DNA of 49,703 bases from Candidatus Saccharimonadales bacterium (GTDB lineage Bacteria > Patescibacteriota > Saccharimonadia > Saccharimonadales > Saccharimonadaceae), in assembly GCA_049291395.1 (NCBI GenBank), contig JBATPJ010000050.1:1-49703 (forward strand). The letters run 5' to 3'. How positions within the stretch are numbered: position 1 is the stretch's first letter; every line of letters begins with the position of its first letter. Shown here piece by piece: positions 1-9,540 of the stretch. A model generated the notes under the pieces. It did not search any database and was not told the DNA's origin. It saw only the letters and a list, made by a program, of their open reading frames with translations. Position numbers and translations under genes: made by a program.

Positions 1-56
1 TGAAAAATCCGGAGCTGGATATGAAGTAAATTTTTCTGCCATGTCTTTAGTATACG

Positions 57-635
57 CTACCAGACTTTTGCATAGTCAAGTCCGAAGACTCGCGCTAGCA
101 GCCATTGTAGCCCGAACATCCCAACCGCCCATGCCGATACAAATAGCATCACCGTCCAGATGACGGCCGGCTCCAGCGGCACATCAGGAAATGATGAGAA
201 CGTGATCACAATCGGCGGCAGCAAGGCAGCGATAAATTTGAGGATGAGTTGCATTCGGGCCGAGAGCACGAGCAAGCGCTTCTTTGTGGTGTGCTTTGTG
301 TCCACCACCTTTGGCATGATGAAGTCCGATGATACATGTACCGCCCGGCTCGCAGTTTTCGTGATGACACCGGGTAATTTGAGCAGTAGATAGATCGATA
401 GTGCGACAAAAATGATCGTGATGCCGGCAACAATCGCGATATCGATGACCGACGGAGTGTGATACGGCTGTGCGACGACCGGCACCACCTCACGCTCCAT
501 CGGTACAAATATACCGCTACTCAGTAGCGCTGGCATATACAGCACCGCCACCCATAGCCATTCCAGCGCGCAGGCGATATAGCCGATCGCTCCGACTATT
601 TGGATGAGAGTACTTCCATGATGCTTATATTTCAT
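57..635 (-). CDS. hypothetical integral membrane protein
   Basis: 192-aa ORF with ATG start. Several long hydrophobic segments (GAIGYIACALEWLWVAVLYMPALL, IAIVAGITIIFVALSIYLLL, VIWTVMLFVSAWAVGMFGLQWLL). No catalytic motif recognised. Confidence 0.5.
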   Translation of the reverse strand: MKYKHHGSTLIQIVGAIGYIACALEWLWVAVLYMPALLSSGIFVPMEREVVPVVAQPYHTPSVIDIAIVAGITIIFVALSIYLLLKLPGVITKTASRAVHVSSDFIMPKVVDTKHTTKKRLLVLSARMQLILKFIAALLPPIVITFSSFPDVPLEPAVIWTVMLFVSAWAVGMFGLQWLLARVFGLDYAKVW

Positions 636-679
636 ATGTAAATCATATCATCGTACGCCGTCGTACAGTAAGGGGTGGC

Positions 680-2113
680 CTATTTACACCAATTCACTTG
701 CTTATCGTATATCGTTGCGGGCATTGCCCAATCGACGAACAGCTCTCGTTGATAGTACTTTAAGACGGGTGATTTTACGGTTGGATTGTCTGCCCGTGTC
801 ACGCAGGCATCTTTGCTTTTTGAGCGTTTGATCCGCTCAAGAACTACATTCACCTGTTGCTGATGTCGTACCATCATGATCCCAATATCTACAGTGATGA
901 TACTCGTCAGAAGTAGCAACGGCATCGCAGTCATCATAAGCAGTCCCTGCTTGATATTTCCGATCATGAACAGCCTGTTGACAGTAAAAAGAACACTAAC
1001 GACTACACATATATATGCAGGGATCAGGATTCGTGTCATCCCAGTTATATCGATCTGCGAGACAGCAAAAACATGAAGGATAAAAAATAGTAAGGCAACG
1101 ACAGAAAATTTCACACCATCGACCGACTCCCGCCGCTTCGGGATAAGCTTCTTTCGTGCGATGATATACTCTACCAACGCCGCAAAAATCATCATAAGGA
1201 TTGCAGGGGAAACTGATCGAAAATTATGCGCCATATTACCAAGAAGCGCCACCCCACTAGCCGCCGGAGAGGCAATAAGATTCGCGATAGAGACATAGCT
1301 ACTGTTGTATCCGTGCGTATATGACGAGACCCCTGGGCCAAATACGTACATCACCAGCATAGCGAGTAGTATCCCCGCTACGGCAAATATCTGCCACGAG
1401 CGCAAAATCTTATCAAAATCAATGGTACGCTTGAGAGCTATCCGATTATACAAGACGACAAGACCAGTAGTCATGAGAAACACTACTGGAGTAACATTTG
1501 ATGAAAAAGCAAACAAAAATCCCACAACAAACATAAGTAGCTTCATGCGTGGCCGTGGGGCTATAGTTGCCCCGCGTAATTGATAGACGAAAGGCAGAAG
1601 AAATAGGAGGGAAAAAATTGTCAATAACAAATAATTATGTATGTGCGAGAAGCCACTAATCAGTGACCTGCTATAGTCCGAAAGGAAAACGGCGAGAAAG
1701 GACAGGCAGAAAATCAAGGTGTCTTTCACCTCGAACCGAGGGCGTCGATCTAATATCAATCTCGTCATTATTAAAAATATGCCGATAGCGAGGATGACAT
1801 CCAATGCACGAAAAATCGTATCTATACCGAACCGATATGTATAATCAAAAAAATTAATGACAGACCATGCATACATATCACCGAATCGAGCGCTCCAATG
1901 AAAAGCAGCGATGGCATCATGGATGACCGCGGGAGATTGCCCCGCCCCCTGATAGATATCCTCACTACTAACTGATTGCAAGAAATATACGACGATAAAA
2001 AATAAAGTTGGTAGTGCAAATAGTGCTGCTGTCGTAGCTGCCGGTAGGGCACTCCGTATCTTCATTACAGTTATTGTAACAGGTCTCTCGGTCAAACTCC
2101 ATGAGTCTGACAA
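680..2113 (-). CDS. large polytopic membrane protein, family not recognised (possibly a GT-C-like transferase)
   Basis: 477-aa ORF with more than 10 hydrophobic helices and a short soluble C-terminal tail. Visibly AT-richer than its neighbours. The true start may be the internal ATG at 2065 (MKIRSALP...). Confidence 0.45.
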   Translation of the reverse strand: MSDSWSLTERPVTITVMKIRSALPAATTAALFALPTLFFIVVYFLQSVSSEDIYQGAGQSPAVIHDAIAAFHWSARFGDMYAWSVINFFDYTYRFGIDTIFRALDVILAIGIFLIMTRLILDRRPRFEVKDTLIFCLSFLAVFLSDYSRSLISGFSHIHNYLLLTIFSLLFLLPFVYQLRGATIAPRPRMKLLMFVVGFLFAFSSNVTPVVFLMTTGLVVLYNRIALKRTIDFDKILRSWQIFAVAGILLAMLVMYVFGPGVSSYTHGYNSSYVSIANLIASPAASGVALLGNMAHNFRSVSPAILMMIFAALVEYIIARKKLIPKRRESVDGVKFSVVALLFFILHVFAVSQIDITGMTRILIPAYICVVVSVLFTVNRLFMIGNIKQGLLMMTAMPLLLLTSIITVDIGIMMVRHQQQVNVVLERIKRSKSKDACVTRADNPTVKSPVLKYYQRELFVDWAMPATIYDKQVNWCK

Positions 2114-2161
2114 TAGCTACTTGGTGCAAGTCATGCCAACAGAATAGCGACTAAAGACCAC

Positions 2162-2192
2162 AAAAAATGGTCAGGACGAGCCTGACCATTTT
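2162..2192 (-). terminator. intrinsic terminator downstream of tRNA-Pro (bidirectional hairpin)
   Basis: 9-bp stem atggtcagg/cctgaccat with loop acgag. It is flanked by an A-run on one side and a T-run on the other, so a U-tract follows on either strand. Confidence 0.7.
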
Positions 2193-2195
2193 ACT

Positions 2196-2271
<76 letters not shown>

Positions 2272-2373
2272 TAGCAACAGAGAAGATTGTAACAGAAATC
2301 GCACACGATGGCTAGGGGCGATGTTTACGTGGTGATACAACCCCGCTCACTTGAGAACACAGAGATGGCGGTA

Positions 2374-3879
2374 CTACTTCGCGAATTCAATCGCGCGGGT
2401 TTCGCGGATGACGTTGACTTTGATCGTACCCGGATACTGCATGGTACTTTCAATCTTGATGGCGATATCACGGGCTAGTTTGATAGCGCTCAGATCATCG
2501 ACATTTTGCGGCTTGACGATGACGCGGACTTCACGACCGGCACTGATAGCGTAGGCTTTGTCGATACCTTCGAAACTTGTCGCGACGTTTTCAAGATCGC
2601 GCATACGCTCGATGAAGTTCTCGGCACTGATGTTGCGAGCTCCAGGGCGCGCAGCCGAAGCGGCGTCGCAGACACGAACGATAATTGCTTCAGGCGTCGT
2701 CGCCTCGATGTCGTCATGGTGAGCTTCGATGGCATGAACGATGTCATCACTCATGCCGTATTTGCGAGCCAGCTCGGCACCGATATGGTGATGCTTGCCT
2801 TCGATCTTGTGCGTCACAGCCTTGCCGACGTCGTGAAGCAGTGTCGCTGTCTTGGTGACGCGGACATTGGCACCGATCTCTTCGGCGATCAGCCCGGCCA
2901 TATGTGCCATCTCTGTCGAGTGTTTGAGCACGTTTTGGCCATAGCTGGTACGGAATTTCAGCTCACCAAGCAGACGAATCATCTCAGTCGGGATGCCGAC
3001 GACACCAACTTCGCGAGCGGCGTCTTCACCAGCCCGCGTGATCTCTTTGTCGATCTCTTTTTGGGCCTTCTCGACGACTTCTTCGATACGGGCTGGGTGG
3101 ATACGACCGTCTTTCATCAGCATCTCGAGCGCAGCCCGAGCTACCTGGCGACGAATCGGGTCAAAGCTACTAAGGATAATCATACCCGGGGTATCGTCGA
3201 CCAATATGTCGACACCAGTGGCACGCTGCAAAGCCTGGATATTGCGACCTTCTTTGCCGATGATGCGGCCTTTCATCTCCTCGTCGGTCAGCTTGACGGC
3301 GGTGACGGTACGCTCAGCGGTCACGTCTGAGCTCATGCGCTCCATGGCGCTCACCAGGATCGTCTGGGCTCGCTCTTCGGCGTCTTGCATGGCGTCTTTT
3401 TGCAGCTTATCGATGAGTCCGAGCAGGTCTTGTTTGATGTCGCGCTCGGTCATCTGCATCAGCTTGTCTGCAGCGTCTTTTTTGGTCAGCTTGGCAATCT
3501 TTTCGAGCTTGTCCTGCTGCTTGGTACGGATCTCACGGATCTCGTTCTTGAGCGACTCCACCTCATCTTCTTGGCGACGTAGTTTCTCGCCGCGCGTGTC
3601 GAGCTCTTCGAGCTTGCGGTCAAGATTGGTCTCACGATCAGCCACGCGATTTTCAGCTTTTTTGAGTTCACGACGGTGCTCGTCTTGATCTTTCTTCGCT
3701 TCTTCAGCGGCCTTCAGCGCTTCATCTTTGGCCTTCAGCAATATATCACCAGCTTTGTTCTTCGCTTGGTTGATCAGCTTATCAGCCTCAGCCCCAGCAC
3801 TTACGCCGCGTTTTTGGTTGTAGGCGTATGTTCCGCCAGCACCGACAACAACTCCAATAATTGCGAGGAGTATTTCCAT
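2374..3879 (-). CDS. rny: ribonuclease Y
   Basis: 501 aa with an N-terminal TM helix (ILLAIIGVVVGAGG) and a long Lys/Glu-rich coiled coil. KH domain (GKEGRNIQALQRATG) and HD domain (LLHDVGK ... EAHHDD). Confidence 0.93.
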   Translation of the reverse strand: MEILLAIIGVVVGAGGTYAYNQKRGVSAGAEADKLINQAKNKAGDILLKAKDEALKAAEEAKKDQDEHRRELKKAENRVADRETNLDRKLEELDTRGEKLRRQEDEVESLKNEIREIRTKQQDKLEKIAKLTKKDAADKLMQMTERDIKQDLLGLIDKLQKDAMQDAEERAQTILVSAMERMSSDVTAERTVTAVKLTDEEMKGRIIGKEGRNIQALQRATGVDILVDDTPGMIILSSFDPIRRQVARAALEMLMKDGRIHPARIEEVVEKAQKEIDKEITRAGEDAAREVGVVGIPTEMIRLLGELKFRTSYGQNVLKHSTEMAHMAGLIAEEIGANVRVTKTATLLHDVGKAVTHKIEGKHHHIGAELARKYGMSDDIVHAIEAHHDDIEATTPEAIIVRVCDAASAARPGARNISAENFIERMRDLENVATSFEGIDKAYAISAGREVRVIVKPQNVDDLSAIKLARDIAIKIESTMQYPGTIKVNVIRETRAIEFAK

Positions 3880-4045
3880 AGTAGATCCTTTCGTTTATCG
3901 ACGATCTTTTCACAGATTATTCGACATTGCTATCAGGTCTCTAGTCGGTATCAAAAGATGGTCTTGGTTCAGTAAATTTCACAACGCATCGGCATAATAC
4001 TATACACCGATACTCTCTAAACTATAATGACTCAAGGCAAAATGG

Positions 4046-5029
4046 TCAAATCGCGACAGCAAACACCATAGTGCGACTATCAAATTGGTTCGTGCTTGCA
4101 TTAAATGAACCCCCACAAGTGATAAGGTTGAGTCCTTGTTTGCCCGCCTCATATGGTACCATCAGCTTGTTCATATCGAGATCACTCACTTTGACAGTCT
4201 CGACTCGGCGTACCACATAGGTAAATTTCTGCCCATCGCCACGTTCGATGATGATCTGCTGATCATTCTTAATATTTTTGAGATGATAGAATACGCCATG
4301 AGCCGTCGGACCCGACACGTGCCCGTTTATCACCACCGCACCAGCCTGACCTGGTAGATTACTGCCGTTATACCATGCCGCATCATGAACATTTGCCGGT
4401 ACACGCATCGTGTTGTTATTGTCGACGCCGACCTGCATCACTCTTGCCGAAACACCGAGTGAAGGAATGCTGATAATTTTCGGCAGATTTGGTGCTACGA
4501 CATAGCGACTAGTGTCGGCTGGTGGTTTTTCTTCGCTGGGCGGCGACTCACCCGAACTGGACCCATCACTCGCTACATTGTTCTCGATCGCAAGCACTTG
4601 TTGCTCGGCTTTTTTAGTCGTCATAAAACTGTATGCACTGACCGATAGACCGGCGCAAAATATCAAGCCAGCCATGGCATAGATCAGGAGCGCGCTTCGT
4701 GAACGTTGTGCCCGTGGATAGGTAAAGCCATCTATGATTATCTCATCAATACTACGGTACACCTTCTTGGGTGCGTGGGTATGGTGCGCCACCGGAGATG
4801 ATGCAACCCGTGAGACAGTTCGATGATGCTGCGAGGGAAGAATATCCATCACTTGTTTTGGCGAACTGATCTTGCTTGGCGCGCTCACTGACAATTTTTC
4901 CGTAGGAATGATATCGGCAATCGGACGACCTACTAGCCGCGCACCTCGTTTGTGCACCACAACATGGGGCCTGCGATACTGCGCCGCATACCTTTGGCTC
5001 ACTATGTCGTGATATAACCGACGGTCCAC
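4046..5029 (-). CDS. sortase-family transpeptidase with long N-terminal cytoplasmic region and TM anchor
   Basis: GTG start preceded by AAGGAG with a 7-nt spacer. TM segment LLIYAMAGLIFCAGLSVSAY. Catalytic-type motifs VINGHV, LNLITCGG (TLxTC-like) and a C-terminal Arg (SRTMVF). Confidence 0.8.
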   Translation of the reverse strand: MDRRLYHDIVSQRYAAQYRRPHVVVHKRGARLVGRPIADIIPTEKLSVSAPSKISSPKQVMDILPSQHHRTVSRVASSPVAHHTHAPKKVYRSIDEIIIDGFTYPRAQRSRSALLIYAMAGLIFCAGLSVSAYSFMTTKKAEQQVLAIENNVASDGSSSGESPPSEEKPPADTSRYVVAPNLPKIISIPSLGVSARVMQVGVDNNNTMRVPANVHDAAWYNGSNLPGQAGAVVINGHVSGPTAHGVFYHLKNIKNDQQIIIERGDGQKFTYVVRRVETVKVSDLDMNKLMVPYEAGKQGLNLITCGGSFNASTNQFDSRTMVFAVAI

Positions 5030-5113
5030 TGAGGGACTCCTTCCTACTTGTCTCTGTTTGTTTTTACTTTTCTCTCACATTCTATTATAGCAATGCCTCT
5101 TATTGAGTCAAGC

Positions 5114-5145
5114 AAAATGCCCTCTCGAGGATGAGAGGGCATTTT
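5114..5145 (-). terminator. intrinsic terminator after the surface-protein gene
   Basis: Perfect 13-bp stem aaaatgccctctc/gagagggcatttt with loop gaggat. A U-tract follows on the minus strand. Confidence 0.8.
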
Positions 5146-5160
5146 ATCATTCTGGCTATC

Positions 5161-6714
5161 TTAGTGTCGGTGCAATTGGAGCTTGCGTCCAACGACAATC
5201 AGCATGAGAGCTGCAAAGCTAGCGGCAATTGCTGTCAATACTGGGTTCGTACGAATAAGTTCAAATCCAGTGTTTGGAATACCTGGAGTATCCAGGACAG
5301 TCAGAACAACATCATTGCCATCACCACCCGTATAGGTGATCTTGAAGAGTACACCATTTTGCGTAAAGGTTGCCCCTTCAACGAGTCCTTTGAAGGTTCC
5401 TTGGACTGGTTGTGAGCCGGCAACGCTAATGATCGTGTACGTCTGATCTTTTTTAGGGATAAATTTGTTATAGAGTGACGTTGAAAGTACTGCTTCGGTA
5501 CCGAGGATCACTGTCGGTGACGACTGAGTAGTGTTTGTAACTTGGATTTGATCGTATCCAGTGCATGGGTCTACGCCGCCAAGTTCAAATATGTATTCGC
5601 CACCTAGTGAGAGTGTGCCAGTTATATGACAGCCAGGGCTATTTCCGGGTGATAGTTTGCCGCCCTGTTCGATAATTGTTGCACCTAGAACAGTTCCATT
5701 ACCCTTCAGTGTACCGCCGTCCAAGACTACTACCCTGCTCCTGACAGCATCTGCTGCCATGATGGCGGTTTCTAAGACACCGACACCAACCATTCCTGTC
5801 TCATTTTTGCCCGTTATATCAGTCGTCTTTGCAGTTATCTGCTGAGTCGTGTTACCAACGATGAGTGCGCCAAGAGAAACACTGCTTTTTACAAGCTTCG
5901 CTGGGTCGGCCCCGCTTCCCACGAACGAGACTGAAGATCCATCATATACAGTAACCTGCACTGGAGACGAGCTGTTTATTGTCAGTGGGCTTGTCACGCT
6001 CCAACTCGCCCCATCGCCAAAACTTACACCCCCAAAACCAAGCATAGCGCCATCGTTTAGTGTCATGGGCGTGGATAATGTCTGAGTTGAGCTTCCGGCT
6101 CCAAATGTGACCCTCTTAGCGATCAAAAGGCTCCCAGCCGTATTGGTGACGACGTTGTAGCCTATGTCATAATCAGAACTGTTTGCATCCAAACTCAACA
6201 TACCGTCTACAGAGAGACCCTTGAAGTTATACCCAAACATAATATTATTAGTTAGATGATAATCCCCCCTGACGACAATGTCAGCAAGATTATCTATATC
6301 TGGGTTGCTGGTAGGCGTACCGATCTTAATGTATGAGCTAGTCCCCGTCGTCTCAACCAAACCGCTCCCGGCTAGCGTCAATTGGCTCAAATATAAGGTT
6401 TTACCTGAGTTAATATTGCTGTTATTAAAGGTTACCTTCGATAGCTGTGGGTTTGTGTCGTTTGTGATGACCCCCTTCGGCGCTGGATCCGGAGCAACGG
6501 TCGCAGAGTCAAATACTGCAATATCCCCGTTTTGTGGCACCCCACCTCCACAACCCGACCAGTTCGTAGCCGTACTGAATATGTTGTCACCTGCAGTGCC
6601 GACCCATGTACAGCTCTGCGTGAGCGCGCTGGCAGGAAGACTGCTGAGTGACGACAGAAGTGACGACCCCGTGACAACCGCAGCGACTAACAGGCGCGAA
6701 TGTTTTATTTTCAT
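5161..6714 (-). CDS. secreted cell-wall-anchored beta-repeat surface protein (sortase substrate, IPNTG sorting signal)
   Basis: Signal peptide MKIKHSRLLVAAVVTGSSLLSSLSSLPASA and a Gly/Thr/Ser-rich beta-type body. One stretch, GKLSPGNSPG...LSLGG, resembles autotransporter-associated beta-strand repeats. The C-terminus has IPNTG (5266-5280), then a hydrophobic helix, then the basic tail RKLQLHRH. Confidence 0.75.
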   Translation of the reverse strand: MKIKHSRLLVAAVVTGSSLLSSLSSLPASALTQSCTWVGTAGDNIFSTATNWSGCGGGVPQNGDIAVFDSATVAPDPAPKGVITNDTNPQLSKVTFNNSNINSGKTLYLSQLTLAGSGLVETTGTSSYIKIGTPTSNPDIDNLADIVVRGDYHLTNNIMFGYNFKGLSVDGMLSLDANSSDYDIGYNVVTNTAGSLLIAKRVTFGAGSSTQTLSTPMTLNDGAMLGFGGVSFGDGASWSVTSPLTINSSSPVQVTVYDGSSVSFVGSGADPAKLVKSSVSLGALIVGNTTQQITAKTTDITGKNETGMVGVGVLETAIMAADAVRSRVVVLDGGTLKGNGTVLGATIIEQGGKLSPGNSPGCHITGTLSLGGEYIFELGGVDPCTGYDQIQVTNTTQSSPTVILGTEAVLSTSLYNKFIPKKDQTYTIISVAGSQPVQGTFKGLVEGATFTQNGVLFKITYTGGDGNDVVLTVLDTPGIPNTGFELIRTNPVLTAIAASFAALMLIVVGRKLQLHRH

Positions 6715-6751
6715 ATTATTCCTTTTTTTGTTTTTGTACTTTATGAGTTTG

Positions 6752-6780
6752 ATTATTCAGGATGCTTACGGTAATGTCAA
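6752..6780 (-). promoter_or_regulatory. sigma70-like promoter for the surface-protein gene
   Basis: On the minus strand: TTGACA (6775-6780), a 17-nt spacer, then AATAAT (6752-6757). An AAGGA Shine-Dalgarno lies ahead of the ATG at 6714. Confidence 0.5.
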
Positions 6781-6793
6781 GAGAATTAACAAA

Positions 6794-7168
6794 TCATTTT
6801 TGAGGAGAGGTAATTCGTGGCTCGGCGCCGTAGTCGGGTAGAACGCTCGTATCATTTTCACCGCGTTGCAGTCGCTCCAAACCGTCGGCCGCCCAGTCAT
6901 CACCCGAGATACCGACGATCGGGATAGACTGACTATAAGCCATCGTGTTCGCCACCGTACAGCCGATGCGCAGACCGGTGAAACTGCCTGGTCCTTTGTA
7001 GATCATGACGCCTTCAAGTAAATCCACATCGACGAGCTCGATACACTCACGTAACAGGTCACGCGCCAGCGTCCGATGCGCCTCCCAGACTTTCTGAGCG
7101 ACAAGATTACCATCGTCATAGATATACAACTCAGCCGTCGGGCTATCGGTTCGGATAGCGAGGATCAT
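6794..7168 (-). CDS. tsaB: tRNA t6A37 biosynthesis protein TsaB (unusually short, N-terminal domain only)
   Basis: 124 aa with the GPGSFTGLRIG signature. Overlaps the tsaE stop by 4 nt. Confidence 0.75.
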   Translation of the reverse strand: MILAIRTDSPTAELYIYDDGNLVAQKVWEAHRTLARDLLRECIELVDVDLLEGVMIYKGPGSFTGLRIGCTVANTMAYSQSIPIVGISGDDWAADGLERLQRGENDTSVLPDYGAEPRITSPQK

Positions 7169-7611
7169 TGGGCCGCCTCCAGATAGTCATGACTGGCCGG
7201 AATCGTCATCGAGACGTCGCGCCCTTCATCATCAGCTCGATAAGCAAGCGTGATCGTCACGCGGTCATCCGGCAGCACCGCACCGATCGTTTCACCCCAT
7301 TCGACGACCGTGATTGTATAAGGGTCAGCCAGCGACTCAGCCAGCTCATAGCTCAGCACACCGGCTTTGTGCAGCCGATAAAAATCATAATGCGCCAGCG
7401 TCAAGCCATCCCGCGCCGCATATTCTCGGCTCAGTGTAAAGCTCGGGCTCTGCACATCCTCATCGATCACTAAACCCTCGGCAACACCCTTCACAAGCGT
7501 CGTCTTGCCAGCACCGACGTCACCGAGCAGCTCGATACATTCACCGCCGCGCAGAAGATGCCCGAGACGACTACCGAGTTTTTTCATCTCTTGATCAGAA
7601 TGCACAATCAT
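7165..7611 (-). CDS. tsaE: tRNA t6A37 biosynthesis ATPase TsaE
   Basis: Start moved to the internal ATG at 7611 (MIVHSDQEMKKLGSRLG...). Motifs: P-loop GDVGAGKTTLVKG, HYDFYRL, VVEWGE. The longer tracked ORF (to 8085) would run antisense into pilB. Confidence 0.85.
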   Translation of the reverse strand: MIVHSDQEMKKLGSRLGHLLRGGECIELLGDVGAGKTTLVKGVAEGLVIDEDVQSPSFTLSREYAARDGLTLAHYDFYRLHKAGVLSYELAESLADPYTITVVEWGETIGAVLPDDRVTITLAYRADDEGRDVSMTIPASHDYLEAAQ

Positions 7612-7749
7612 ACGCTCACAGTATAAACCACTCCTCTTTATATCTATACAACTTGTGCTTATCTCGGTATGATAGAGGGTAGCCAATATGGGTGGAAAAC
7701 GTGACACTATCGTAGCTCGCTGGAGAGCAAACATCTCAGGGGTAATCTC

Positions 7750-9540
7750 ATGAGACTTGCTGATAATGTCCTCGAGCGACTGCTGCTCAGCAAGCAGAAG
7801 GTGAAGCCCGACCAGCTGACAAATATCAAAGAAGAGGCCAAATCTACCGGCAAGACTCTCCAAGAAGTCATCACCTCTCGCAACGTCATCTCGGACGATG
7901 AGCTGACGAAAATCTACGCTGAGCATATCGGTATCCCTTTTATATCCGTCAACCCCAAAGACGTCACCAAAGAAATTATCTCCGCCCTTCCTGAGCGCAT
8001 CGCCCGCCAATACATGGTACTCGTCTTCAAGATCGACGAAGATGGGACGCATCATCTGGCAATGACCGATCCTGATGACCTCCAATCGATCGATTTTATC
8101 CAGAAATACACCGGGACAAAAGTCGTCATCTATGCCGCTTCACAGGACAATATCCTCACCTGTCTCCAGGCCTACCGCGAAGGCTCCGAGGAGGAGATCA
8201 GCAAGACCATCCAGGTCGAAGGCGAAGAACAAGACCAGGCCGACGACGATGTCAAAGCATCTGATATTGCCGAAGACTCGCCGATCGCCCAGACGGTCAA
8301 CCTCGTCCTGGAATTTGCCATCCGCGCTGGTGCCAGCGATATCCATATCGAGCCTCGCGATGACTACGTCAGTATCCGGTATCGCATCGACGGCGTCCTC
8401 CGAGAAGCTAACAAACTCCCCAAAAACGTCCATGGTGCTCTCGTCAGTCGTATCAAAATCCTCAGCAACCTCAAGATCGATGAACGCCGCGCCCCGCAAG
8501 ACGGTCGGTTCAAGATCAATCTCGGCGGCAAAGCCTACGCCTTCCGTGTCAGCACGCTCCCGATCACGACCGGCGAGAAGGTCGTCATGCGTATCCTGAA
8601 CGAAGGCAGCAAAGCGCTCACTCTCGAACAGCTTGGCTACTGGGGCAAGGCCAAAGAACGCATCCTCGACGCCATCAAGCAACCTCACGGTATGATCCTC
8701 GTCACTGGCCCGACAGGATCGGGTAAATCAACCAGCCTCTTCAGCATCCTTAGTATGCTCAACGACCCGAAGGTCAACATCAGTACCGTCGAAGACCCTG
8801 TCGAATACAAGATACCCGGCACCAACCAAACCCAGGTCAACCCAACGGCTGGCATGACATTCGTGAACGGCCTCCGAGCACTCCTCCGGCAAGACCCAAA
8901 TATCATCATGGTCGGAGAGATTCGCGACGGCGAGACGGCCGACCTCGCCGTCCAGGCCGCACTGACCGGGCACCTCGTCTTCAGCACGCTTCACACAAAT
9001 AACGCGGCAACCTGTCTCCCCCGTCTGCTTGATATGCATATCGAACCATTCCTGATCGCCAGCACCGTCCGGGCCGTCGTCGGTCAGCGACTTGTACGCA
9101 TGCTTTGTCATGAGTGCCGTGAAGAGTACGTACCCGACGACCAAGAGCTCGACACTATCAAGCGCATGTTTGCGATTGATGACGATAAGATGTCTCATCT
9201 CTATGAGCTTGAGCAGCAGGCAGCCACGGAAGGCATCGGTGGCAACACAAAAGACCAGCCGCTATCGACCACCGAGACGGCCATCACGAAATTATACCGT
9301 GAGCATGCCGGTGGCTGTGACGAATGCAATGGCATCGGCTATACCGGACGACGCGGTATCTATGAGGTACTCGCCAATACTAACGAGCTGCAAAAACTCA
9401 TCGTAGCGAACGGTACCAGCAACGATATCCAGACAAAAGCCATCGACGAAGGTATGATCACGATGCAGCTTGATGGTCTCATCAAAGCGTTTCGTGGCGT
9501 GACAAGCATCGAGGAAATCCTCAGAGTCACGAGGGAATAA
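7750..9540 (+). CDS. pilB: type IV pilus assembly ATPase (GspE/PilB family)
   Basis: 596 aa. N-terminal T2SSE_N-like domain, Walker A GPTGSGKST, Walker B IIMVGEIRD, His box TGHLVFSTLHTN. Tetracysteine motif CHEC...CDEC. Confidence 0.93.
   Translation: MRLADNVLERLLLSKQKVKPDQLTNIKEEAKSTGKTLQEVITSRNVISDDELTKIYAEHIGIPFISVNPKDVTKEIISALPERIARQYMVLVFKIDEDGTHHLAMTDPDDLQSIDFIQKYTGTKVVIYAASQDNILTCLQAYREGSEEEISKTIQVEGEEQDQADDDVKASDIAEDSPIAQTVNLVLEFAIRAGASDIHIEPRDDYVSIRYRIDGVLREANKLPKNVHGALVSRIKILSNLKIDERRAPQDGRFKINLGGKAYAFRVSTLPITTGEKVVMRILNEGSKALTLEQLGYWGKAKERILDAIKQPHGMILVTGPTGSGKSTSLFSILSMLNDPKVNISTVEDPVEYKIPGTNQTQVNPTAGMTFVNGLRALLRQDPNIIMVGEIRDGETADLAVQAALTGHLVFSTLHTNNAATCLPRLLDMHIEPFLIASTVRAVVGQRLVRMLCHECREEYVPDDQELDTIKRMFAIDDDKMSHLYELEQQAATEGIGGNTKDQPLSTTETAITKLYREHAGGCDECNGIGYTGRRGIYEVLANTNELQKLIVANGTSNDIQTKAIDEGMITMQLDGLIKAFRGVTSIEEILRVTRE

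Noticed and set aside
1-42. Possible minus-strand gene start (ATG at 42, MAEKFTSYPAPDFS...) running off the window edge
   Set aside because: Only 14 codons are visible, which is not enough to support a call.
2506-3688. Long plus-strand ORFs (274 and 231 aa) inside rny
   Set aside because: They are antisense shadow ORFs of a confidently identified gene, and the products are low-complexity Ser/Arg/Ala-rich.
7612-8085. N-terminal extension of the tracked 306-aa ORF containing tsaE
   Set aside because: The extension has no TsaE similarity. It would run antisense through the pilB start and the divergent promoter region. A proper ATG at 7611 gives a normal 148-aa TsaE.
8140-9198. Minus-strand ORFs (182, 100 and 156 aa) inside pilB, and similar ones inside pilC (9780-10295)
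   Set aside because: They are antisense to strongly supported genes. They have no motifs and show shadow-frame composition typical of mid-GC coding DNA.
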